Assembly: GCA_024638505.1 (NCBI GenBank)
Contig: JAHEKE010000018.1
Coordinates: 6,078-70,077 of the forward strand
Source of the DNA: Gammaproteobacteria bacterium
GTDB taxonomy: Bacteria > Pseudomonadota > Gammaproteobacteria > Arenicellales > JAANXG01
Length of the DNA: 64,000 nt
Direction: 5' to 3'
Shown here: one piece after another, positions 1-10,438 of the stretch
Position numbering within the stretch: position 1 is the first letter of the stretch
How the letters are laid out: every line of letters begins with the position of its first letter
Translations under genes and position numbers: made by a program
The notes under the pieces: generated by a model
Told to the model about the DNA's origin: nothing
Databases searched by the model: none
The model's input: the letters and a program-made list of their open reading frames with translations, nothing else

Positions 1-1
1 C

Positions 2-1306
2 GCTAGTGCGGGTGCGCAGGAAATATCGGCAGCAGGCGACGCGATGGGGGCGCCCAGTGCGCAATACGAAAAAACGGTTAACGCAGAAGAGGAGGGTAAG
101 GAGTTTGCGCAGATCAAGGCTGTTCCATCAGATTCCCAGCAGCGGGAACTCGGGGCCGAGGAGGATCCGCTTGCTGCAGATCAGGCCCAGCGTAAAGTCG
201 AGCGAGCCGAAGAAAAAAGGGATATAGACAAGGGGCCTGGGCGATCCACTGGGTTTGATCTTTACGGCAGCATTCGGGTGCGCTATCGGGAGCAGGGTGA
301 TGAGTCTGGGTGGCAGGACGGCGGCTCACGCCTCGGGGGCGACATAGAGTGGCAGTTTCGGGAAGGGTCGTATTTGTTCGCGCGCTATGAAGTGGGGTTT
401 AACATTTTAACTGGAATCAAAGATCTTGCTCCCGGTAAAGACAGCAGCCAGGAATTTGAAGACAGCGTGTTCACCCGTCTGCGCTACGCGGGCGTCGAAA
501 CGCCGCGGTTTTCCGGAGTGCTGGGAAAGAACTGGTCGACCTATTACAAGGTGGGTCACTTTACCGACCGTTTCATGGGAACCGGTGCAAGTGCCAGCGG
601 CGTTTTTAATGCACAGACCGACGGCGGTCCGACAGGCCCGGGCCGGGCTGACAAAGTTTTGCAGACCGAACTGGCGCTGGACTTTCTGCCGCACAAAACA
701 TTCAGACCCTTTAAATTGAATCTTCAGGCTCAGCACGGCAATCCGATTCCATTCGGCAACGGGGTAGATTATGGCATTGCGTTTGGAGCCAGCGCAGTCA
801 TGACCACGCACAAAGACCTTACCATTGGTCTTGCCTACAACCACGCCAGGATAGACATCAACGCCAATCCTTCACTGCGCGGAATTGGAATTTCCGGCGA
901 CGCGCGCGCGGCACTCGCCGGCGCGCGTGCGTTTGGCGACAGATGGTATGCTGGAATAGTAATCGCCCGCCTGCAAAACCACGAAACCACGGATGAAGGT
1001 GTTTACTTCGACGGTTGGGGCAGCGAACTCTACGCCCAGTTTCGACTGTTTGATAAAGTCTGGTTTACCGGCGGTTACAATGCCCTTAAACCTGATTCGG
1101 ATCAGATCCAGGCGGGTGATTACCGGGTGCGATATACAGTTGCGGGCTTGAGATACACCTTTAATGGGTTCCGCCAAATGATATTTGCCAACGTACAATT
1201 TGATAACGGTTTTAATACAGATGGGGCGGCAAGAAGCAACGTCTATACCATCGGAATCAGGTGGGACTTGTCAAAGCGGGGTTGGCACATATCGAGTAAG
1301 AATTGA
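2..1306 (+). CDS. Gram-negative porin (5'-partial; frame open from the window start)
   Basis: Frame open upstream of the first ATG (ASAGAQE resembles a signal-peptide end). Porin-type segments LYGSIRVRY, DGGSRLG, ARYEVG and TRLRYAG, alternating beta-strands, last strand YTIGIRWDL. Confidence 0.8.
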   Translation, partial: ASAGAQEISAAGDAMGAPSAQYEKTVNAEEEGKEFAQIKAVPSDSQQRELGAEEDPLAADQAQRKVERAEEKRDIDKGPGRSTGFDLYGSIRVRYREQGDESGWQDGGSRLGGDIEWQFREGSYLFARYEVGFNILTGIKDLAPGKDSSQEFEDSVFTRLRYAGVETPRFSGVLGKNWSTYYKVGHFTDRFMGTGASASGVFNAQTDGGPTGPGRADKVLQTELALDFLPHKTFRPFKLNLQAQHGNPIPFGNGVDYGIAFGASAVMTTHKDLTIGLAYNHARIDINANPSLRGIGISGDARAALAGARAFGDRWYAGIVIARLQNHETTDEGVYFDGWGSELYAQFRLFDKVWFTGGYNALKPDSDQIQAGDYRVRYTVAGLRYTFNGFRQMIFANVQFDNGFNTDGAARSNVYTIGIRWDLSKRGWHISSKN

Positions 1307-1320
1307 CTAGTAGCATTACA

Positions 1321-1343
1321 CCAGAGTTGAGCTCTGGGTTTAA
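1321..1343 (+). terminator. Hairpin, possible intrinsic terminator between convergent porin and acdA
   Basis: CCAGAGT-TGA-GCTCTGG stem-loop followed by GTTT; short U-tract. Confidence 0.4.
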
Positions 1344-1359
1344 AATTGCTGCATGACCG

Positions 1360-2571
1360 CTAGTCAGTGCGCAGTTTCAAGTAGCCGTCTCGCGTCTGCG
1401 GCAGTTTTCGCTGCAGCAGCTGTGAGGCGACAACCGTGCGCAGGATCTGTGCCGTGCCTCCGCCTATGGTGAACATGCGTGCATCACGCACCATTCTCTC
1501 CAGCGGCTGGGCGCGAGAATAGCCGGCGGCACCGAATATTTGCAGAGCATTATTGGTTACGCTGATCGCAGATTCGGAAGCCAGAATCTTAGCGCGGGCT
1601 GCCTGCGCGATGTCCGGAAAACCAGCTTCCCCAGCGCTCATTGCCGCCAGATGAAGCAACGCTCTTGCCGCTTCTAGCTGAGTGTTCATATCGACCAGCA
1701 TCCACTGCAGGCCTTGAAACTCGCAGATTGGCCGCCCGAACTGCCGTCGGGTTTGCGCGTAGCCCAGGGCCAGATCGAACGCGCCTTGAGCAATGCCCAG
1801 CGCGACCGTGCCGGCACCTACGCGCTGCGCGTTGTAGGCGTTCATCAGTCCGGCAAAACCCTTAGCCAGGCCGCTCTCTGGTTGGATTAACCTGTCTGCA
1901 GGTAAAACCAGATCGTTAAAAATTAGCTCTGTTTCAGGGATACCCCGTAACCCCATAGCGGGTTCTCGCTGACCCACAACCAGACCGTCATGCTCGCCCC
2001 GTACCGTGATGAATCCGCCGATACCTTTTTCTTCACCTTGGTCGAATACGCGGGCAAAGATTAAATGCAGTTTGGACACGCCCCCACCGGTAATCCAGTG
2101 CTTTTTGCCGTTGAGGATGTAGGTGTCTCCGTCCCGGTCAGCCCGCGTTGTCATTAAGCTGGCGGCACTGCCCGCCTCGGGCTCGGTAATGCAGATCGCC
2201 GGTTTGTCTCCTGCCAGAACCAACTCAGCGGCCAGACGCCTCTGCTGCTCTGCCCCATATTTCATGATTGCCCCAATGGCTCCCATATTGCCTTCCACCA
2301 CAATGCGCCCAGTTACGCCGCATACCTTAGCCATCTCCTCAATCACCAGCACTGCGTCCAGGTAGCTTAAGCCGCGGCCACCGTATTCTGTGGGTATGGT
2401 CATACCCATGTAACCAGCATTGGTTAAGGCGCTGACGTTGTTCCAAGGATACTGCTCGGTGCGGTCTATCTCTGCAGCCCGCGGCGCTATCACCGAATTG
2501 GCTAATGACCGCGCTTCGTCGCGCAGTCTTTTCTGAAATTTGGTTAATGCATTCATTTCATCCGTTCTCAC
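1360..2571 (-). CDS. acdA: 3-sulfinopropionyl-CoA desulfinase (acyl-CoA dehydrogenase fold)
   Basis: ACAD motifs plus family-specific segments TEQYPW, GDKPAICITEP, WITGGGVSKLHLIFARV, AYNAQRVGAG and KLPQTRDGYLK. No catalytic Glu (MFTIGGGTAQ instead of IYEGT). Confidence 0.85.
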   Translation of the reverse strand: MRTDEMNALTKFQKRLRDEARSLANSVIAPRAAEIDRTEQYPWNNVSALTNAGYMGMTIPTEYGGRGLSYLDAVLVIEEMAKVCGVTGRIVVEGNMGAIGAIMKYGAEQQRRLAAELVLAGDKPAICITEPEAGSAASLMTTRADRDGDTYILNGKKHWITGGGVSKLHLIFARVFDQGEEKGIGGFITVRGEHDGLVVGQREPAMGLRGIPETELIFNDLVLPADRLIQPESGLAKGFAGLMNAYNAQRVGAGTVALGIAQGAFDLALGYAQTRRQFGRPICEFQGLQWMLVDMNTQLEAARALLHLAAMSAGEAGFPDIAQAARAKILASESAISVTNNALQIFGAAGYSRAQPLERMVRDARMFTIGGGTAQILRTVVASQLLQRKLPQTRDGYLKLRTD

Positions 2572-2958
2572 GTTGCGTACCTGTTGCTGCCGTTACGGGT
2601 TGAATCTATCACGACTGGTTTGAAAAAACCGATACCCGTGACATGGTTGCTGGCAAGTTTCGAGTGGTATTCCCATGCTGCGTCAGGCGTCCGCTATTTT
2701 GGTTGGGCTTTCTACGGTACGCAGGTCACTGCTACGTCCCGGCAGATATTCACAGAAACATCGCCCAGGGCAGAAGTGTTGATGTCCGCTTGAGAATTCC
2801 GCTGTAGGTTGTTGTCGGCATTAGTCAAGCCGCGACCGTTGCTTTTAGACAGTACACTGACTTATCGTTTTGAACCTTCGGTGACGATGGTCAGCGCTAA
2901 CCAGACGGCTGAATTGTCCAGTGAAATTTCTTATTACTAATAAAAGGCACAGCACGTT

Positions 2959-4101
2959 TTGAATACCGCATCCTCCCGGCGTATGCATCGAATCATTGCG
3001 TGCATCGCAGCTACATCATCGATGACCATAACGCTTGGCCTAACCTGGCCGCTACTCGCCATCGTTCTCGAGCGGCAGGGGATACCCGCCTGGCTCAATG
3101 GTCTCAGCGCCTCGTCTCAGATGCTCGCTATACTCGCCGTCGCCCCCCTCGGGCCACGCCTTATCGGTTCGCTCGGCATCGTCCGGGTGATGGCGCTCGG
3201 TATAGTCGGCATGGTGCTCGCTCTGCTGCTTTTGCCACTGTTTCCCAACGTGTGGCTGTGGTTTCCCATCCGCTTCATGCTCGGTTTCGCTGCGGAGCTC
3301 GTGTTCACCGGTGGTGACATCTGGATCAATCAGCTTGCGTCGGATAAAGCGCGGGGTCGGTTGATCGGCGTGTACGGTACTTTTTTACATGCGGGGTTTG
3401 CCGTCGGCCCGGCTACCATCGCCTTCGTTGGCAGCGACAACTGGGTTGCGCTGTATCTGGGGGTGGGGGTGGTGGCCTGCGGGCTCATTCCTCTATCCTG
3501 GTTTCGCGGTGAACCACCGCAACGGGAAGGCAAGCTGCGTGCCCGTATGCTGCATTTCCTGCGCATTGCGCCAACGCTGATGATTACAGCGCTGATGTTC
3601 GGATTAATTGACAGTACGGTACTGGCGCTGCTGCCGGTATATGGGGTGCAGAAAGGTTTGGATGCCGAAGTAGCGGCTCTTTTATTGACCATGTTTGTTC
3701 TTGGCAGCGTTGTTGGACAAATACCTATTGGCTGGCTTGCCGATCACTTGGATCGGCGGATGCTGCTGGCGGTATGTACCTTCATAGCGATGTTGAGTAT
3801 AGCTGCCCTGCCGGCCGCCATCGGAGACACAACGCTCACCTGGCTGGTGATGTTGCTCATGGGTATTACGGTCGGCAGCTTTTACGTCATCGCCATGGCA
3901 ATGATCGGCAGTCGGTTCAAAGGTGCGGATCTCATCAGCGTCAATGCAAGTTTTGTCTTTTTCTGGGGTTTGGGAGACGTCATCGGACCTTTCATCACCG
4001 GCGCCGCCATCGACACCTTTGGCGCCGACGGTATGCCGGGAGTTGGGGTTATCGTTTGTGCGCTGTTCCTCGGGCTAGTGCTGCTCAGGCGCGGAAGTTA
4101 G
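2959..4101 (+). CDS. MFS transporter (YcaD-like)
   Basis: About 12 hydrophobic helices; motif A-like GWLADHLDRR; RGRLIGVY. Confidence 0.85.
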   Translation: MNTASSRRMHRIIACIAATSSMTITLGLTWPLLAIVLERQGIPAWLNGLSASSQMLAILAVAPLGPRLIGSLGIVRVMALGIVGMVLALLLLPLFPNVWLWFPIRFMLGFAAELVFTGGDIWINQLASDKARGRLIGVYGTFLHAGFAVGPATIAFVGSDNWVALYLGVGVVACGLIPLSWFRGEPPQREGKLRARMLHFLRIAPTLMITALMFGLIDSTVLALLPVYGVQKGLDAEVAALLLTMFVLGSVVGQIPIGWLADHLDRRMLLAVCTFIAMLSIAALPAAIGDTTLTWLVMLLMGITVGSFYVIAMAMIGSRFKGADLISVNASFVFFWGLGDVIGPFITGAAIDTFGADGMPGVGVIVCALFLGLVLLRRGS

Positions 4102-4171
4102 GTATTGGCTGTCAACAGTGATTGGTGTAGGAAGCGCGCAGCGGCATCCTATTCGACTCAGCGACTGTGCA

Positions 4172-5596
4172 TTACGCGCCTGATTCCTTCACTCTGCTCG
4201 TCGATTCAGTATGGCTTACTCGGCGCGAGTCCAGTAAGGACAAATATTGGAATCTGCTGCACAACAGAACGATCGACACAACGCTTGCGATAAGAATACC
4301 TTCCATCAGTCCCGCAACGCCCCGCTGCAGTTTAAAAGCCAGCCACCAGCCCGCTGGTATCATGACACCAATGTATGAGATAGCGTGAGCCAGCGCGGGC
4401 ACCCAGGCGTCTCCCCGCCCGCGCAGCGCGCTCAGCATTACAACCTGGCCACCGTCCGCAATCATGATAAATGCGGTGAAGGCGATGACCGGGGCAGCGA
4501 TGTCGACTAGCCTGGGGTCGGAAGAGTAAAGTCCCGCTAACAGCGTGGGCAAGGCGAAAACCAGTAATCCCAGCAGCGACATCACCAGCGTGTTGACGCT
4601 AAGACCAGTCCAGCCAGCCAGAACCAGATCACGATAGTCCCGACGACCTTGCGCAATGCTGACGCGCACAGCGGTGGCGGTAGCCAGTCCGAGAGCGGCC
4701 ATGAAAATGAGGGCAAGCAGGTTCATGGCCAGCGTGTATGCGCCGAGAGGGTAGATGCCCAGCCAGCCGGCAAATACCGTGAGGAAAGCGAAAGAGGCCG
4801 ATTCAAGCGCGCCGCTGGTTCCGGTTGCGTATCCAAGATGGCGCTGATAACGCCAGTCTCTCCAGCGACTGGTCTGTTTTTTTCGGATTCCGTATTTCCC
4901 ATGGCCGCGCATAGTCCAGATGGCAAAGAACAGCATAAAAGCGAGTCCATAGCGTGAAATAGTGGTTGCCAGTGCCGCTCCTGCTGCGCCCATTTCTGCG
5001 AAACCAATGTTTCCATGAATGAGCAGCCAATTAAGCCCGATATTCAGCACGTTCATACTGATCATGGCAATCATGCCTGGGAACGGCTTTTTAATGGCCT
5101 CAAGAAAAAAATTGTTGGTGACAAACAGAAGATTGGCCGGCAGACCCAGGCCAAACATGAGCATCACCTGTCCACCGCCTGCAGCAAGGTCTGGCGCCTG
5201 GCCGGTTAATAACAAGAAAGATTCGCCCGCAATGCACAGCACCGCACATGCCATACCCAGGCCCAACGCATAGGGTAGGGAACGCTGCCAAATTGCCCCG
5301 CATTGTTCATACTGCTGTGCGCCGAAAGCGTGAGCAGTGACAACCAGCGTGCCCATCATCAGGCCCACCGTCGTGATGATGAGTACGACGACTGGTGCAG
5401 ATCCCAGCGCCAGGTAGGCCACCTCTTCCGTGCTGTAGCGCGCCACCATGATGGTGTCAGCCAGTACCATGGTGAGGATCCCGGTACGGGTTAACACCAC
5501 CGGCCATGCCAGTCTTACCAACTCAGAGACATGGCGCCGGACACGCCTGCACCACCAGCAGGATTCTGTTTGTCTGATTCGATTAGTAGATTGCAT
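4172..5596 (-). CDS. MATE family efflux transporter
   Basis: LAWPVV...ADTIMVARY, MGAAGAALAT and ALRGRGD MATE signatures; about 12 TM. Exact start uncertain. Confidence 0.9.
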   Translation of the reverse strand: MQSTNRIRQTESCWWCRRVRRHVSELVRLAWPVVLTRTGILTMVLADTIMVARYSTEEVAYLALGSAPVVVLIITTVGLMMGTLVVTAHAFGAQQYEQCGAIWQRSLPYALGLGMACAVLCIAGESFLLLTGQAPDLAAGGGQVMLMFGLGLPANLLFVTNNFFLEAIKKPFPGMIAMISMNVLNIGLNWLLIHGNIGFAEMGAAGAALATTISRYGLAFMLFFAIWTMRGHGKYGIRKKQTSRWRDWRYQRHLGYATGTSGALESASFAFLTVFAGWLGIYPLGAYTLAMNLLALIFMAALGLATATAVRVSIAQGRRDYRDLVLAGWTGLSVNTLVMSLLGLLVFALPTLLAGLYSSDPRLVDIAAPVIAFTAFIMIADGGQVVMLSALRGRGDAWVPALAHAISYIGVMIPAGWWLAFKLQRGVAGLMEGILIASVVSIVLLCSRFQYLSLLDSRRVSHTESTSRVKESGA

Positions 5597-5896
5597 TTGG
5601 CCGCCTGTCGGCGCTCCGCGATGCTAGATAGGAGAACAGTAAAACAGGATTGGAAGCGTACAGTGTCAACCAACGAGATTTGTGCGTCAACGAAGTACGC
5701 TGAAATTCCGGCAGATAATCTTCATCTGCGTCCATGCGGCTAAATGGCGACAATCTCTAGGACCGGTTCACCAGTGGCAGAGCAGGTATTTGGTTCGGAC
5801 TGTTTCTGGGGTAGTGCTGTTCAGGTCAAAGCCATGGTTGAATCTTTAGATATGCGGACAACCACAGTCGCGATTCTTTGCCACATCGAAAACCAA

Positions 5897-7750
5897 TCAT
5901 AACGCGAAGAAATTTGGCACTAAGAGAGAGAAGGCAATCCACATGATCAAGGTTAAAGGCGCGCCAACGCGCAAGAAATCAGTAAATTTGTATCCACCAG
6001 CATTCAAGATTAAAACATTTGTCTGATAGGCAATGGGGGTAGCGAACCCCATGTTTGCACCAAACAGCACCGCGAGCACGAAAGCTTCGGGCGATGCCCC
6101 TAGTTCAACTGCGATCCGTATCGCAATTGGAGTACCAATTACCGCAGCCGCATTGTGGGATACGATATTACTCAGTACCGCCATTAAAAGCATAAGACCG
6201 CTCATCATCACCGCCGGTGATAGCCCGGAGACGCTGTTAACCATAACTTGGGCCAGAAAATCAGCGCCGCCGGTGCGGGAAAGTCCAATGCCAAGAGCAA
6301 GACTGGCTACAATGATCATTATCACGGGTGTGCTCAGAGAGCCAGCGGCGGTGCGCCAGCTTAAACAGCCGGTCAGCAGCACCAGCGCGACCCCGACAAG
6401 TGCGCTGACTGAGATCGGTAAAATACCGGTAGCGGCCGCACCGACCACAAGGAAGAAAATACACAATGCGACTGGAGCTTTACGGGTGTGTGGTAAGTCC
6501 ACGGTGCCGTCAAGCACAAGCATGCCGGCGCGCTCTTTAAGTGCTTTGATATGCTCTCGTGCACCCTGCACCAGCAGTACGTCACCCGTTTGCAGAAACA
6601 CGTCGCTCAAGCCAGAGCGTATTGGCGGCGTTGATGCGCCCGCTCTGTGTATGGCCATGGTAACTACTTGGTAGCGCTCGGCGAAGCGGGCCTGTTTCAG
6701 CGTCGTATGATGCAGCGGTGAATTCTCAGTAACAACCACCTCGGCCAGCTGCTGCCCCTCTGTAGACAGCGGATGTTCCTCGCTAACCGGGTGTTCAACA
6801 TCGAACACGTTGTGCAGCGTCGCACCGAGAAGACTTTCATATTGTTTCAGGTTTTCAGCAGTGTCGCTGACGTATAGGCGATCGCCTTCACGTATGGTAG
6901 CCGTAGGCAACTTAACAATGAATAGATCTTCTCCCCGCTGTATACGAGACACTTTCATGCGGTTATCGGTGCGAGCCAATACCTCGGATAGGCTCTTGCC
7001 GTTAGCGAAGCTATGGCCCTGGACATAAATCAGGGCGTCAAATACCAACGGTGATGTATCCGCCAGCGGCGCAGTGCGCTTTGGCAGCAATCGCGGGGCG
7101 ATCAGCCACAAATACAGTATGCCGATAGTGCCGGCGATAAGTACCGGCAGTGTAAAGTCGAACATTGAAAAGCGGCGCATGCCAAGGTCTTCTGCTACGG
7201 AAACCACCAGCAGGTTGGTCGATGTACCAATAGTAGTCCCGCTGCCGCCAATAATGGTTGCCATTCCCATCGGCATGAGGGTCGCCGATGCGGATATGCC
7301 AGTGCGGATAGACACGCTCACCAGAATCGGAAGCAGCATGACAACGATCGGAGTATTGTTCATAAAGGCGCTCAATACAGCAACCAGCACAAGAGTAATT
7401 AGCAGCGACATAGAGGGATGACTGCTCCACGAACGCGCCATGAATACTGCCAATGGTTCCAGCGCACCGGTGGTTTCCAGGCTGCGGCCGACGATCATTA
7501 GGGCGCATATGGTAATCAATGCTTCGTGCCCAAACCCGAGGAGGAAGTCAGCGGGATCAAGAGTGCGTTCATCAGCGACATAGGGGAACAGCTGAAAACC
7601 CAGCACCAGGGCAACCAGAACAAACAGACTGGTTGCCTCCATCGGTATTTTTTCCCGCGCGAACAATGCTAACGCCGCGATCGTCAATACCATCACTGCG
7701 ACTGCGTGTGGATCTGGCGTCAGTTCGTTCATTAGACTTTGTTCAGGCAT
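5897..7750 (-). CDS. SLC13/DASS family permease with two TrkA-C (RCK_C) domains
   Basis: SAFMNNTPIV, TTIGTSTNLLV, central soluble repeats ending GDRL and GDVLLVQG, FATPIAYQTN, GGYKFTDF. Confidence 0.9.
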   Translation of the reverse strand: MPEQSLMNELTPDPHAVAVMVLTIAALALFAREKIPMEATSLFVLVALVLGFQLFPYVADERTLDPADFLLGFGHEALITICALMIVGRSLETTGALEPLAVFMARSWSSHPSMSLLITLVLVAVLSAFMNNTPIVVMLLPILVSVSIRTGISASATLMPMGMATIIGGSGTTIGTSTNLLVVSVAEDLGMRRFSMFDFTLPVLIAGTIGILYLWLIAPRLLPKRTAPLADTSPLVFDALIYVQGHSFANGKSLSEVLARTDNRMKVSRIQRGEDLFIVKLPTATIREGDRLYVSDTAENLKQYESLLGATLHNVFDVEHPVSEEHPLSTEGQQLAEVVVTENSPLHHTTLKQARFAERYQVVTMAIHRAGASTPPIRSGLSDVFLQTGDVLLVQGAREHIKALKERAGMLVLDGTVDLPHTRKAPVALCIFFLVVGAAATGILPISVSALVGVALVLLTGCLSWRTAAGSLSTPVIMIIVASLALGIGLSRTGGADFLAQVMVNSVSGLSPAVMMSGLMLLMAVLSNIVSHNAAAVIGTPIAIRIAVELGASPEAFVLAVLFGANMGFATPIAYQTNVLILNAGGYKFTDFLRVGAPLTLIMWIAFSLLVPNFFAL

Positions 7751-8053
7751 ATACCGGTTCTAGTACGCGCGTGCTTTCCGCCATTGTGTGTAAATGACAA
7801 CCGGCTAGGATTTTATTTTTCATACGTTTCACAGAATGAACTAAAATCTCGCAAACGACAGGGCCTCAGATTTTTTCCATTCTATTTCATGGCAGGTTAA
7901 TGACAAGTTGAATACCGCGCTGGGATACTATAAGCAGTGTTCGTGTCGGTTGCATGTGTATACTTTTCCCATGGGCACAGAAAACCGGTGCGAATTAACA
8001 GTTGACCGGCAAAAGGGTATCATCACTTTGTTGTTTTACTTGAGTATTTATAG

Positions 8054-8548
8054 ATGATTGTACGCAGTGCGGGCATACTGCTGTATAGGCGTTCTGCTGC
8101 GAAACTGCAGGTTATGCTGGTTCACCCCGGCGGACCGTTTTGGGCGAACAAAGATGAGGGAGCCTGGTCGATCCCCAAGGGCGTATACGAAGAGAATGAA
8201 GCTCCACTTACCGCGGCGAAACGGGAATTCAGAGAGGAAACGGGGCATGAGATCGAGGGGGAGTTTCTCGATCTGGGTGAAATCAGGCAGCCCAGCCGAA
8301 AAATTGTGCACGCTTGGGCGATCGAGCATGACTTTGATACGAACAACATTATCAGCAACAAGTTCACCATGGAGTGGCCAAAAAACAGCGGCAACATAAG
8401 GACATTTCCGGAAATAGACAGAGGCCAATGGTTTGCTGTTGACCAGGCCAGGCGCAAGATTCTCAAGGGGCAGGCGGGATTTGTTGATAGGCTGATTGAC
8501 AGCGTTAGCGCGGAGGAATCTGTTGATTCGGAATCACGCTGCTCTTGA
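8054..8548 (+). CDS. NUDIX hydrolase (COG4119-like)
   Basis: Nudix box G...E...AAKREFREETG; VHPGGPFW and FPEIDR motifs. Confidence 0.9.
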   Translation: MIVRSAGILLYRRSAAKLQVMLVHPGGPFWANKDEGAWSIPKGVYEENEAPLTAAKREFREETGHEIEGEFLDLGEIRQPSRKIVHAWAIEHDFDTNNIISNKFTMEWPKNSGNIRTFPEIDRGQWFAVDQARRKILKGQAGFVDRLIDSVSAEESVDSESRCS

Positions 8549-8630
8549 TGGCTTTCGCATATTGCCCAGGTTAACGTTAATTGACAGGACGTTTTCAGCT
8601 CGCTTCGTTAGCGCCCCGGGAGGTTAGTGG

Positions 8631-9008
8631 ATGAGTAAAAAAGAAAACTTTTACAATTTAAACGACATGAGCCAGGGCATTCACCGTGAACTGGCGCTAG
8701 GAATCTGGACGCGCATTTTCACCGGCGAGCGGGCCATGCTCTCGGTCGTGACGCTGGCGCCTAACGCCGAGGGCTCAATTCACAGTCACCCACAGGAACA
8801 GTGGGGCATACTGCTCGAAGGAGGCGGCGTCAGGATTCAGGACGGACAGGAAGTTCCCGTTTCAGCGGGTGATTTCTGGCGGACTCCGGGCGGAGTGGAA
8901 CATGGAATCCGGGCTGGGGCAAAAGGGGCGCGTATCCTCGACGTATTCAGTCCACCACGAGAGGAGTACACCAAAAGCGGAACCGGTTTTGGCAAGGAGT
9001 CGAGTTGA
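8631..9008 (+). CDS. Cupin domain protein
   Basis: HSHPQEQ and PGGVEHG cupin motifs; DVFSPPREEY; SD GGAGG. Confidence 0.9.
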   Translation: MSKKENFYNLNDMSQGIHRELALGIWTRIFTGERAMLSVVTLAPNAEGSIHSHPQEQWGILLEGGGVRIQDGQEVPVSAGDFWRTPGGVEHGIRAGAKGARILDVFSPPREEYTKSGTGFGKESS

Positions 9009-9120
9009 TATACAGCGCTCATACATGGGTGGATGGATCGGGTACCCGCCTTGTCTTTTCGCTAGTCGCGGTGTTGCCGTGATTAGATGAGCTTTAGCGC
9101 TTTTGTTGAGGGAGTAATTT

Positions 9121-9993
9121 ATGCGTTGGCGTAAACGCCGTAACAGTTTGCGTAAAGTTCTAGCTGGTGAACAATGTGTGTTTCCCGCTTCGGTGTTTGA
9201 TCCTTTATCTGCACGCATAGCGGAAGATCTGGGTTTCGAAGTGGGTATGTTTGCGGGCTCGGTCGCATCTATGACCGTGCTGGGGGCGCCGGATCTGATG
9301 GTACTCACTCTTAGCGAGTTTGCTGGCCAGGCCTATCGCATTTGCCGAGCCGGCGAACTTCCACTACTGGTCGATGCAGACCATGGTTATGGAAATGCGC
9401 TAAACGTTAAGCGCACGGTGGAGGAGCTGGAGTCGTCAGGGGTAGCCGCACTGTCGATTGAGGACACCGAGCTGCCCGCACCTTTCGGCTCCGATGCAGA
9501 CGGTCGTTTAATTTCAGTCGAGGAGGGTGCCGGTAAGATGAAGGCCGCGCTGTCAGGGCGGTATGACCCGGCTCTGGTGATCGCCGGGCGGACAAGCGCA
9601 GTAAGAATGAGCGGTGTGCAAGATACCGTCACCCGGATAAAGGCCTTTGAAGCGGCGGGTGTAGACGCGATCTTCCTGGTGGGAGTGCGCACGCCTGAAG
9701 AATTGGAAACCCTCTGCGCCGCAGTCAGTCTGCCGATTATTCTTGGCGGCGCCGGGGCAGAACTGCTTGATCCGGTCTACCTGGCACGACACCGGGTCCG
9801 CATCTGCCTGCAGGGCCATCAGCCTTTCCAGGCGGCGGTGCATGCGACCTACGAGACATTAAAAGCACTGCGTCGGGGCTCCCCGCCTGCAGACATACGC
9901 AACACAGCGTCGGCCGAGTTAATGCAGCAGCTCACCCGTGAGCGAGACTACCGCAAATGGAGTAGAGACTTTCTCAATCACAAGTACAAGTAA
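9121..9993 (+). CDS. Oxaloacetate decarboxylase (ICL/PEP-mutase superfamily, PA4872-like)
   Basis: PASVFDPLSAR, GSVAS..VLGAPD, VDADHGYGNALNV and IEDTELP (no KxCGH lyase loop), LQGHQP. Confidence 0.8.
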   Translation: MRWRKRRNSLRKVLAGEQCVFPASVFDPLSARIAEDLGFEVGMFAGSVASMTVLGAPDLMVLTLSEFAGQAYRICRAGELPLLVDADHGYGNALNVKRTVEELESSGVAALSIEDTELPAPFGSDADGRLISVEEGAGKMKAALSGRYDPALVIAGRTSAVRMSGVQDTVTRIKAFEAAGVDAIFLVGVRTPEELETLCAAVSLPIILGGAGAELLDPVYLARHRVRICLQGHQPFQAAVHATYETLKALRRGSPPADIRNTASAELMQQLTRERDYRKWSRDFLNHKYK

Positions 9994-10014
9994 GGCAAGT
10001 GAGCCGAACTGTAT

Positions 10015-10386
10015 TTACTCATCTAATTTATCGTTGATCTGACGCAGCAGCTGATTCATCTCCTCTAACTCATCTGTGTAGTCTGTTTTATCCGCGTATT
10101 CCTGAATATGCGTCTCTACCCTCTCAAAATACTCGCCAATAAAAGGGAGGCTGACCAGTTTGGTAACAATCCAGATGGAAATACCCAGCACTAAGGTCGC
10201 GCCGATGGTAATGCCGAATCCTCTTGCTACCCCGGCCTGAAAGTTTGCCCATAAGATCTTCTTACTGGATTGCAGGTATTGCAGATAATCGATTACCCCG
10301 GCGGCTTCAAACGTTTTGGTCAGCTCTTTTTCCGGTGAGGTCCTTGCTTTGTTCGACATTGGATGGTGGAGTTGATTAGCGGCCAA
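10015..10386 (-). CDS. DUF5665-like membrane protein
   Basis: WANFQAGVARGFGITIGAT pattern, TM segment, LPFIGEY. Start probably the internal Met (MSNKART). Confidence 0.65.
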   Translation of the reverse strand: MAANQLHHPMSNKARTSPEKELTKTFEAAGVIDYLQYLQSSKKILWANFQAGVARGFGITIGATLVLGISIWIVTKLVSLPFIGEYFERVETHIQEYADKTDYTDELEEMNQLLRQINDKLDE

Positions 10387-10438
10387 GTAATATAGGAAAC
10401 GGACACAAAAACTTCAAACAAGAAACCGATAAGCGGCG

